DNA from: Escherichia coli
GTDB taxonomy: Bacteria > Pseudomonadota > Gammaproteobacteria > Enterobacterales > Enterobacteriaceae
Reading direction: 5' to 3' (one strand)
Length of the DNA stretch: 64,000 bases
Assembly: GCF_003334815.1 (NCBI RefSeq)
Contig: NZ_QOWO01000004.1
Under the pieces are notes generated by a model that searched no databases, had not been told where the DNA came from, and worked only from the letters and a program-made list of their open reading frames with translations. Both the position numbers and the translations under genes were made by a program. Below, in pieces: positions 55,932 through 64,000 of the stretch. Each line of letters opens with the position of its first letter. Positions within the stretch are counted from its first letter, which is position 1.

Positions 55932-57182
55932 TTACGCCAGACCAATAAAGAACCCGGCAATAGTCGCACTCATCAGGTTGGAAAGCGTTGCTGCTGCCAG
56001 CGCCCGTAAACCAAGCTGGGCGATTTCCGGCGCGCGTTTTGGCGAAATAGCCGAAAATGCGCCAACGACAACACCGATAGAACCAAAGTTAGCAAAACCA
56101 CAAAGCGCAAAGGAGATAATCGCAATGGTTTTCACTTCCAGCGTGCCGCCTGTTTGCAGGTATGGGGAGAAACTCAGGTAAGCGACGAATTCGTTAATCG
56201 CCAGTTTCTGCCCAATCAGGCTACCCGCAAGATTGGCATCACTCCAGTCCACACCCATGATCCACGCCAGCGGTGCCAGCACATAGCCAAAAATACTTTC
56301 CAGAGAGGCATTGGCGAAACCAAACCAGCCGCCAATTCCGCCGATAATGCCGTTGATCAGCGCAATAATTGCGACAAACGCCATTACCACCGTCGCCACA
56401 CCAGCGGCGATTTTTAGCCCGGTCATCGCACCGCTCGCCGCCGCTTCGATAAAGCTTTTTGGCGGCGTTTCGCTGAACGACAGATTTTCAAATGTGACCT
56501 GCGAAGGCTCGGTTGCCGGGCTAAGAATACGTGCAAACAAAATCCCGCCAGGGATCGCCATCAGCGATGCCGCTAACAGGTAGTCAATTGGTACGCCCAT
56601 TCCGGCATAACCAATCATCATCGAACCAGCAATGGACGCCATCCCGCTACAAATTGCGGTAAACAACTCGTTGCGATTCATGCGATCGATAAACGGTTTA
56701 ACGATCGCCGGGATCTCATTTTGCCCGAGGAAAATAGTAGTAACCGCAACAAAAGATTCGATTTTGCTGATGTTGAGGGCTTTCTGGAAAATGCTGCCAA
56801 GGATGCGAATCAGCAGCCCCATCACGCCAATGTAGTACAGCAGACTGATGAGCGCAGTAACGAAAATAATCGCCGGAAGTACGCGAAAGGCGAAGATAAA
56901 ACCCGCACCGTCAAACAGGACATCCATTTTCGGCCCAACCAGCGAACCAAAAATGAAGGCGCTACCGGCATCACTGTAAGACATCACTTTATGAACGCCT
57001 AATGCCGCCTGTTCTACTGCCCATTTTCCCGGTGGGAAGTAGAGCATGATGCCACCAATAGCGATTTGCAGCAGCAGTGCGGCTCCAACCGTGCGCAAAC
57101 TGATGCTCTTTTTATTCACTGACAACAGAAATGCTATTGCCAGTAACACCACCATCCCCACAACACTTCTCATTATATCCAT
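55932..57182 (-). CDS. psuT: NupC-family transporter, putative pseudouridine transporter (416 aa)
   Basis: ORF track; most residues identical to nupX by eye. Confidence 0.85.
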   Translation of the reverse strand: MDIMRSVVGMVVLLAIAFLLSVNKKSISLRTVGAALLLQIAIGGIMLYFPPGKWAVEQAALGVHKVMSYSDAGSAFIFGSLVGPKMDVLFDGAGFIFAFRVLPAIIFVTALISLLYYIGVMGLLIRILGSIFQKALNISKIESFVAVTTIFLGQNEIPAIVKPFIDRMNRNELFTAICSGMASIAGSMMIGYAGMGVPIDYLLAASLMAIPGGILFARILSPATEPSQVTFENLSFSETPPKSFIEAAASGAMTGLKIAAGVATVVMAFVAIIALINGIIGGIGGWFGFANASLESIFGYVLAPLAWIMGVDWSDANLAGSLIGQKLAINEFVAYLSFSPYLQTGGTLEVKTIAIISFALCGFANFGSIGVVVGAFSAISPKRAPEIAQLGLRALAAATLSNLMSATIAGFFIGLA

Positions 57183-57275
57183 AATGATTTTCCCTTCATG
57201 CCGGTAAACCCGGCGTCAGCGCCAGGTTTTGGTATGCTTGATGAGTACGGGCGACGGCTTTCTGCCCGTCAGAAA

Positions 57276-58214
57276 TTAACCCGCGAGACGCTGATATTCT
57301 TTGGCAATTTCGCTCGCCAGAATGGCGTTGTTGAACACCAGCTGGATGTTGGATTTCAGGCTGTCACCGCCGGTCAGTTCAGCAACGCGCGCCAGCAGGA
57401 ATGGCGTACTTTCTTTACCAATGACTCCCTGAGCTTCAGCTTCAGCTACCGCCTGATCGATCGCCGCATTGATAGTGTGTTCCGGCATAGCAAACTGTTC
57501 CGGGATCGGGTTCGCTACCACGAGGCCACCGTTCAGACCGCTTTGCCATTTCACCGCCATTGCACGGGCAATTTCGCTGGCGCTGTCGAGACGAATGCTG
57601 ACGTCAAACGGGCTGGTGCGGCAGAAAAACGCAGGCAGCGCTTTAGTCTGATAGCCAATTAACGGCACACCGAAGGTTTCTAAATACTCAGTGGTTAATC
57701 CTAAATCGAGAATAGATTTCGCCCCGGCACAAACAACGGTGACATTAGTATTTGCCAGTTCTTGCAAATCGGCAGAAATATCGAAGGTATGTTCCGCCCC
57801 GCGATGCACACCACCAATTCCCCCGGTGGCAAATACTTTAATTCCGGCAAGCGCCGCAATAATCATCGTTGAAGCCACAGTGGTTGCGCCATTTTTTCCG
57901 GCGGCAACAACAAAAGGTAAATCGCGACGACTAACTTTGGTCACGTTATGCCCTTCACGACCCAGTAATTCAATTTCTTCTTTGCTTAACCCCACTTTCA
58001 TCACGCCGCCAATAATGGCGATCGTGGCAGGTACAGCGCCCTGTTTACGAATAGTTTCTTCAACTTCAATTGCGGTCTGGGCATTTTGTGGGAACGGCAT
58101 CCCGTGAGAAATAATGGTCGATTCCAGCGCCACAACCGGTTTTTTGTTTTTTAAAGCGTCCTGCACTTCCGGGGAAATTTGTAATAATTCAGGGGAAATT
58201 TTTAATTCAGACAT
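57276..58214 (-). CDS. psuG: Pseudouridine-5'-phosphate glycosidase (312 aa)
   Basis: ORF track; synteny. Confidence 0.85.
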   Translation of the reverse strand: MSELKISPELLQISPEVQDALKNKKPVVALESTIISHGMPFPQNAQTAIEVEETIRKQGAVPATIAIIGGVMKVGLSKEEIELLGREGHNVTKVSRRDLPFVVAAGKNGATTVASTMIIAALAGIKVFATGGIGGVHRGAEHTFDISADLQELANTNVTVVCAGAKSILDLGLTTEYLETFGVPLIGYQTKALPAFFCRTSPFDVSIRLDSASEIARAMAVKWQSGLNGGLVVANPIPEQFAMPEHTINAAIDQAVAEAEAQGVIGKESTPFLLARVAELTGGDSLKSNIQLVFNNAILASEIAKEYQRLAG

Positions 58215-59143
58215 TCTGCGTTCTCCACTAACGATATAACGTTGGCAATCGATAAATCGGGGTTATTGGTGTATTCACAGGAGAGCGCCATTGACGAACA
58301 TCCCTGTGCGAAACGAACAGATTCGGCAAACGGCATTCCGTCTACCCAACACGAAGCAAGTCCCGCCATCATGGCATCGCCCGCTCCGGTAACATTAATA
58401 ACATTGGTTTTGATCGGCGCAGACCAGCCACTTTCACCGCTGATATCGCTGTAATAAACGCCGTCGCCGCCCATGCTCAATACCAGTCGGTTCAGGCCAT
58501 GTTGATGGAACCAGGCAGCAACTTTTGCCACATCTTCACGCCCTGACAGCGCAATCCCACTCAGGGTTTCCGCTTCAAGGCGGTTTGGCTTGAGAGTGTG
58601 GATCTGATTTAGACGGTCGCGCACTTTGACACATTTCCATGCCGAAACCGGATCGACAAATACGGGTACGTTGGCGGCATTATCCAGAATCCATGCCAGT
58701 GCCTCTTCACTGATATTACAGTCCGCGACAATGACCTTTGCCCTCTGAATAAATTCACCGTGCTGTGCGAGATATTCAGCTGTAATAGCGTTGCTAATAT
58801 TCATGTCATTTATAGCAACCAGCATTTCACCGGTATTATCGAGTAATGATAAATAACTCGACGTATTTTCTCCCGGCACAATCAGGCATTTATCGACATA
58901 AACGCCAGATTGATTGGTTTGCGTTAGCAGCGATTGACCATAAAAATCACTGCCTACGGCGCTCAGTAGCCAGGCTTTGTTACCCAGCAACGCCAGGTTT
59001 TGTGCAATATTGCGCCCTACTCCACCAGGCGTAAATTTTATTTTACCTGGATTTGAATCCGCATAATTTAATGATTCATGTGAATATCCGGCGACATCAA
59101 TATTCGCCGAACCTATAATTACGACATAATCCTTTTCGCGCAT
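58202..59143 (-). CDS. psuK: Pseudouridine kinase, PfkB family (313 aa)
   Basis: ORF track; 13-nt overlap with the psuG start. Confidence 0.85.
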   Translation of the reverse strand: MREKDYVVIIGSANIDVAGYSHESLNYADSNPGKIKFTPGGVGRNIAQNLALLGNKAWLLSAVGSDFYGQSLLTQTNQSGVYVDKCLIVPGENTSSYLSLLDNTGEMLVAINDMNISNAITAEYLAQHGEFIQRAKVIVADCNISEEALAWILDNAANVPVFVDPVSAWKCVKVRDRLNQIHTLKPNRLEAETLSGIALSGREDVAKVAAWFHQHGLNRLVLSMGGDGVYYSDISGESGWSAPIKTNVINVTGAGDAMMAGLASCWVDGMPFAESVRFAQGCSSMALSCEYTNNPDLSIANVISLVENAECLN

Positions 59144-59210
59144 AGCACGTCCTCTGGTAAAAAATTACCAACCCTGTCAATCCACAAGAATATAGATACT
59201 GCAAAGACGG

Positions 59211-59246
59211 TTTAAACATGTGTTCATATTTAAACATGTGCTCATA
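59211..59246. repeat. Perfect tandem 18-bp direct repeat upstream of psuK
   Basis: TTTAAACATGTGTTCATA followed immediately by TTTAAACATGTGCTCATA; one mismatch. Confidence 0.7.
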
Positions 59247-59380
59247 GTATGCATGTTTTACGTAAAGTAAATTACCGCCAGAGAGGCAAAATGGGCAGAT
59301 TTGAGCAGGCTCACAAAATGCGATTAAATGCCTGAATTACAAAAGCGAGGAATTTGTGACGGGATGCACAGAACAGAACA

Positions 59381-59410
59381 ATAAAAAAGGGCAGAAAATA
59401 ATCTGCCCTT
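59381..59410 (-). terminator. Intrinsic terminator of fruBKA
   Basis: AAGGGCAG-loop-CTGCCCTT followed by TTTTTT on the minus strand. Confidence 0.75.
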
Positions 59411-59565
59411 GAGGAAATAACCTGAGTGTTTGATGAACGTTTGAAGTTTCTACTGAAAAATAAAACCATTTAAATTCATAAAATTACATTCACAAACCGG
59501 TCATTCTCTTTGCGCTCATCAAATGTTACAGGACAGGAAATTTCTGCCCTGTAACACACCTTTTA

Positions 59566-61257
59566 TTACGCTGCTTTCGCTACTGCGTCCACTTCCGGAC
59601 GTTTCAGGAAGGCATAGGCCAAACCCGCCACCAGCGTACCGGCAATAATTGCTACCAGGTAACCCAATACCGGCGTAATAGCGCCAGGGATCAGCAGAAC
59701 AAACAGACCACCGTGCGGTGCCATCAGTTTCGCACCAATCGCCATTGAGATTGCGCCAGTCAGCGCCCCACCCACGATACAGCACGGCAGCACACGCATC
59801 GGATCACGAGCAGCAAACGGAATTGCACCTTCCGAAATGAAGCACAGTCCCAATACCAGAGCGGCTTTGCCACCTTCCTGCTGCGCTTTGTCGAATTTGC
59901 GACGCGCCACCATTGTTGCCAGACCCATTGCCAGCGGTGGCACCATACCTGCCGCCATAATCGCCGCCATCGGGCCATAGGTTTGAGTACTCAGCAGACC
60001 CACACCGAATGCGTACGCTGCTTTGTTTACCGGACCGCCCATGTCAGTACACATCATGCCACCGAGGATCGCCCCCAGCAGAACCGCATTCGCAGTCCCC
60101 ATGGTCTGCAGCCAGTGAGTCAGCCCTTCGAGAATGCCAGCAACTGGTTTACCGATCAGGTAGATCATCGCCAGACCGACCACCAGACTGGAAATTAGCG
60201 GAATGATCAGGATCGGTTTCAGCGCCTCCATACTCTGTGGCAGTTTCAATTGCGTACTGATTAACTTCGCAATGTAACCAGCCAGGAAGCCCGCAATAAT
60301 ACCACCAATGAAGCCAGAACCGGTGCTGACCGCCAGCATACCGCCAATCAGACCCGGAGTGAGGCCCGGACGATCGGCAATGGAAAAGGCAATATAACCT
60401 GCCAGTACCGGCACCATCAGCGCAAAGGCTGAACCACCACCAATCTGCATCAGCGCCGCAGCCAACGTACCCGGCTCTTTAAACGCTTCGATACCAAAAG
60501 CAAAAGAAAGCGCGATACACAGACCACCTGCAACGACCATCGGCAGCATGTAAGAAACGCCCGTCAGCAAGTGACGGTATGCGCCTGCACTCTCTTTCTT
60601 ACTTTCAGTGGTCGCCGTTTGAGCTTTGCCCGCCGGTTCATACGGCGTTGCTTCAGCAACCGCTTTATCCAGTTCCTGCGCGGTTTTCTTCAGCGCCAGA
60701 CCGGTAGAGGTACGATACATCGGTTTACCAGCAAATTTCGCCAGATCCACTTCGATATCTGCCGCCACAATCACCAGATCCGCTGCTGCGACTTCTTCGG
60801 GAGTGATTGCATTACCCGCGCCAACAGAACCACGGGTTTCAACTTTCACCCACCAGCCACGTTTTTTCGCTTCGGTTTCAATGGCTTCAGCCGCCATAAA
60901 GGTGTGTGCTACGCCAGTCGGGCAAGCAGTCACCGCAACTACGCGTTTCGGACCGCTGGCGGCAACTGGTGCTGTCGCAGCGACCGGCGCAGTGTAAGGT
61001 TTCGCATGGCCTTTGGCTTCACTCAGGAACAGCTCAGGGTGCGCAACTGCCCGGGAAATATCGCCCAGCCAGACATTTTTACCGTTCAGCGCGCTGTCGT
61101 TCGGGATGGAATCACCGAGAACAATCGCCATTTCAGCGTCGTTCGGATTGTCGATGATTTCCAGTTTTGCTTTTCGCGCCGCCGCGCCCAGCAGGGTCTT
61201 CGCCATATAGGCGCGTGCCTGACCGAGATTAGCGTCAATAATCAGCAGCGTTTTCAT
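59566..61257 (-). CDS. fruA: Fructose PTS EIIB'BC component (563 aa)
   Basis: ORF track; synteny. Confidence 0.9.
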   Translation of the reverse strand: MKTLLIIDANLGQARAYMAKTLLGAAARKAKLEIIDNPNDAEMAIVLGDSIPNDSALNGKNVWLGDISRAVAHPELFLSEAKGHAKPYTAPVAATAPVAASGPKRVVAVTACPTGVAHTFMAAEAIETEAKKRGWWVKVETRGSVGAGNAITPEEVAAADLVIVAADIEVDLAKFAGKPMYRTSTGLALKKTAQELDKAVAEATPYEPAGKAQTATTESKKESAGAYRHLLTGVSYMLPMVVAGGLCIALSFAFGIEAFKEPGTLAAALMQIGGGSAFALMVPVLAGYIAFSIADRPGLTPGLIGGMLAVSTGSGFIGGIIAGFLAGYIAKLISTQLKLPQSMEALKPILIIPLISSLVVGLAMIYLIGKPVAGILEGLTHWLQTMGTANAVLLGAILGGMMCTDMGGPVNKAAYAFGVGLLSTQTYGPMAAIMAAGMVPPLAMGLATMVARRKFDKAQQEGGKAALVLGLCFISEGAIPFAARDPMRVLPCCIVGGALTGAISMAIGAKLMAPHGGLFVLLIPGAITPVLGYLVAIIAGTLVAGLAYAFLKRPEVDAVAKAA

Positions 61258-61273
61258 TATGCCTCTCCTGCTG

Positions 61274-62212
61274 TCAGTTAAAAGGTTGTAAGTCGACGCG
61301 CGCCATCATTGCGGCCAACTGCGGACGATCGGTAATACCCACATTGCTTTGACTTACCGCCAGGGCTGCAACAGCTGTCGCCAGACGCAGTGTGTGTTCA
61401 CTGGATTCACGCATCAGCAAGCCATAAATCAGGCCACCAACCATAGAATCCCCTGCGCCAACGGTGCTTACGACATCGACTGACGGTGGTTTGGCGATCC
61501 ATTCGCCGGAGGCATTAACCCAAAGCGCGCCTTCGGCACCCAGTGAAATAACAACATGCGCGATGCCTTGTTCACGTAGCGCATGTGCAGCTTCAATCAC
61601 ATCTTTCATTTCAGGCAGTTTACGGCCTGCCCAGATTTCCAGCTCGCGGCGGTTAGGTTTCACCAGCCACGGTGCCGCTTTCAAACCTGCTACTAACGCT
61701 TCACGGCTACTATCAAAGATAATGCAAGGACACTGACTACGCAGGCGAGTCATCCAGTCGGTGAACGCTTCCGGGCTGACGCCTGACGGTAAGCTTCCGC
61801 TGACACAGACCATATCGAACTGACCGAGCCAGCTCAGAGAATCAGTCACAAAGCGTTCCCAGTCGGCGGGGGTGACTTCAAAACCCGAGAAGTTGAAGTC
61901 GGTCACTTCGCCGTCTTTTTCCGTCAGCTTAACGTTAATTCGGGTGCGCCCCTGTACAACCTGGAAACGGTTGGCAATGCCCAGCTCGCTGAACAGTTGC
62001 TGAAAACCATCCTGATTGTCTTTACCCAGGAAGCCGCCAACGGTGACATCAATTCCCAGGTCTTTTAATACTTTGGCCACGTTGATGCCTTTACCCGCCG
62101 CATGCAGACCGGTGGTTTTCACCAGGTTCACTTCGCCGCGTTCAATTTCCGGGCAGAAACCAACAAGGTCATAAGCCGGATTAAGGGTGATAGTAGCAAC
62201 ACGTCTGCTCAT
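61274..62212 (-). CDS. fruK: 1-phosphofructokinase (312 aa)
   Basis: ORF track; synteny. Confidence 0.9.
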   Translation of the reverse strand: MSRRVATITLNPAYDLVGFCPEIERGEVNLVKTTGLHAAGKGINVAKVLKDLGIDVTVGGFLGKDNQDGFQQLFSELGIANRFQVVQGRTRINVKLTEKDGEVTDFNFSGFEVTPADWERFVTDSLSWLGQFDMVCVSGSLPSGVSPEAFTDWMTRLRSQCPCIIFDSSREALVAGLKAAPWLVKPNRRELEIWAGRKLPEMKDVIEAAHALREQGIAHVVISLGAEGALWVNASGEWIAKPPSVDVVSTVGAGDSMVGGLIYGLLMRESSEHTLRLATAVAALAVSQSNVGITDRPQLAAMMARVDLQPFN

Positions 62213-63342
62213 TATGCGCCCTCCCCAAGACCAGCAGCGATAGCGTCGCCGATTGCTTTCAGCGCCTGTTCAGCATCTGCACCCTGGGCGGTAAAGCGTA
62301 GGCGATGACCTTTCTTAACGCCAAGTGCCACAACTTTCATCAGACTACGTCCGTTTGCCGGTTTGCCTGTACCATCAAGGTTTGTCACGGTAATATCACT
62401 GTTAAATTGTTTAATGGTATTGACCAGCATGGTACCTGGACGAGCATGCAGGCCGTGTTCATTGCGCACCACAAACTCCGCGCTTAACACGTCGTCGGTC
62501 GGCGCATCATCGCTGGTCAGCAGCGCCAGCAACGTTGCCGCATCCGCTTTCAGCAAGCGGTCAGCTTTATTGTCGAGCAATAAATCAGCGAGACGCTTAA
62601 GAACCGCGATGGGCTGATCGTCATTCATCGCCACACTCACCAGCATGGCTGCCGTTTCGCCGTCCACATCAAAAGCATTTGCCGCACGGCTTACCGCAAT
62701 CGCGCTACGCAGATTGCCTTCGGCGCTATCGCTCAGCCAGATACCCTGTCCGAGATTCAGCGGTTGTTCATTGATGGCTTTGGTGACGAAAGTGGCGTCA
62801 ACTGCCCCCGCCTCTTTCAGACGCGCAGCGTTCAGCGCCTGAAGAGTCAGCAGATCGCTGGCGACGATATCCAGTGTCAGCATTTCGTTGTCGAGCTTCA
62901 GCTGCTCACTCTGCTTTTCGCCCATCAGTAATGCGCGAAGTTCTTCTGCTGTTGTTGCTGACTTCAGTTGTTCAGCAACGGAATCATCGCTCAGTACGTG
63001 GGTCAGCTGGCGTAGCAGGCCCAGATGTTCATCCGAGCTGGCAGCAATACCGATTGCCACGTACGCTACCTGACCGTCACCCCAGGTGACGCCTTCCGGG
63101 AACTGAAATACCTGAACGCCGGTTTTCAGCACCTGATCGCGGGTGTCGGTAGTGCCGTGTGGAATAGCAATACCATTGCCGAGGAACGTTGAGGTTTGCT
63201 GTTCGCGCGCCAGCATGCCATTGACGTAGCCTTCTGCTACATTACCGGCCTGCACCAGCGCCGCAGCGACCTGGCGAATCGCCTCTTCTTTGTCTCCGGC
63301 CTTTTCGCCCGGATGGATGTCCTGTACGGATAACTGGAACAT
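62212..63342 (-). CDS. fruB: Fructose PTS EIIA-FPr fusion protein (376 aa)
   Basis: ORF track; ATG 63342 with AGGAG upstream. Confidence 0.9.
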
Positions 63343-63356
63343 AGTTCTCCTCTCTT

Positions 63357-63442
63357 GCTGAATTGAAACGATTCAGCCTCTATGAGAAAAAAAGCGCCAA
63401 CCTGGCTTAGGGTTAAAGACAAGATCGCGCTGAAACGTTTCA
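63357..63442 (-). promoter_or_regulatory. Two Cra (FruR) operator-like palindromes in the fruB leader/promoter
   Basis: GCTGAATCGTTTCAATTCAGC (63357..63377, minus-strand reading) and GCTGAAACGTTTCA (63429..63442). Confidence 0.65.
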
Positions 63443-63709
63443 AGAAAGCATAATACTTCTGTTTCAGCACGCAAGGAAAGCCGTAAAGTTATGAGCAAAA
63501 GTTTGATGTGCTGCACAATTTTTTGCCATTTTTCCTAATTGCTGATGGGAAAATCCGTTATCAGCAATTTCATTTCAGCAGCGTCAGCAGCCAATCAGCA
63601 ACAGTGAAATGGCATTTTGACTATTCGTGGCGCTTTTGATTTCGCTGTCTGTTTATTTTCTGACAAGCAGCGTAAACTCCGCGTCTTCCTCTTCCAGTGA
63701 TCGACCAGC

Positions 63710-64000
63710 ATGCATAACTCCCCCGCAGTCTCCAGCGCGAAATCGTTTGACCTGACCTCGACGGCGTTTTTAATCGTTGCCTTTCTCACCGGTATTGCGG
63801 GCGCTCTGCAAACCCCGACACTCAGTATTTTTCTTACCGATGAAGTACATGCCCGTCCGGCGATGGTGGGATTCTTCTTTACCGGCAGCGCTGTCATTGG
63901 GATTCTGGTAAGTCAGTTTCTCGCCGGGCGCTCTGATAAGCGCGGCGATCGCAAATCGCTGATTGTCTTTTGCTGCCTGTTAGGCGTGCTGGCCTGCACC
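63710..64000 (+). CDS. setB: Sugar efflux MFS transporter SetB, N-terminal 97 codons; 3' end outside the window
   Basis: ATG 63710, reading MHNSPAVSSAKSFDLTSTAFLIVAFLTG... to the window edge; absent from the ORF track because no stop is reached. Confidence 0.8.
   Translation, partial: MHNSPAVSSAKSFDLTSTAFLIVAFLTGIAGALQTPTLSIFLTDEVHARPAMVGFFFTGSAVIGILVSQFLAGRSDKRGDRKSLIVFCCLLGVLACT

Noticed and set aside
60571-61281. 236-aa plus-strand ORF
   Set aside because: Antisense to fruA; Arg/Phe-rich shadow frame.

Overview
This 64-kb window reads as a contiguous, syntenic stretch of an Escherichia coli-type chromosome, running from the 3' part of yehI through yehLMPQ, btsSR, mlrA, osmF-yehYXW, bglX, dld, pbpG, dusC, cdd, preTA, mglBAC, galS, folE, cirA, lysP, nfo, the psu/nupX nucleoside cluster and fruBKA to the start of setB. 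About 60 protein-coding genes are supported by the ORF track after trimming starts, together with REP/BIME repeats, several intrinsic terminators and a few recognisable operator sites (CRP, Fur, Cra). I found no rRNA, tRNA, CRISPR array, IS element or integrase. The most interesting region is 3228-4325, between yehK and yehL: two tandem copies of a compact type I toxin-antitoxin module, each with a 29-codon hydrophobic peptide gene behind a ~175-nt leader and a divergent small RNA whose 5' end is complementary to that leader. It matches what I recall of the zor-orz family from enterohaemorrhagic E. coli, so I consider it probably described rather than new; that identification is from memory and needs a database check. 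Together with an intact mdtQ reading frame, it suggests the source is not K-12. Secondary observations include the yehLMPQ AAA+/vWA/SWIM cassette of unknown function, a GC-rich structured intergenic element between yohP and dusC, a long inverted repeat enclosing the nfo ribosome-binding site, and a tandem 18-bp direct repeat upstream of psuK. All gene names are assigned from recalled synteny and motifs read in the translations; no searches were run.
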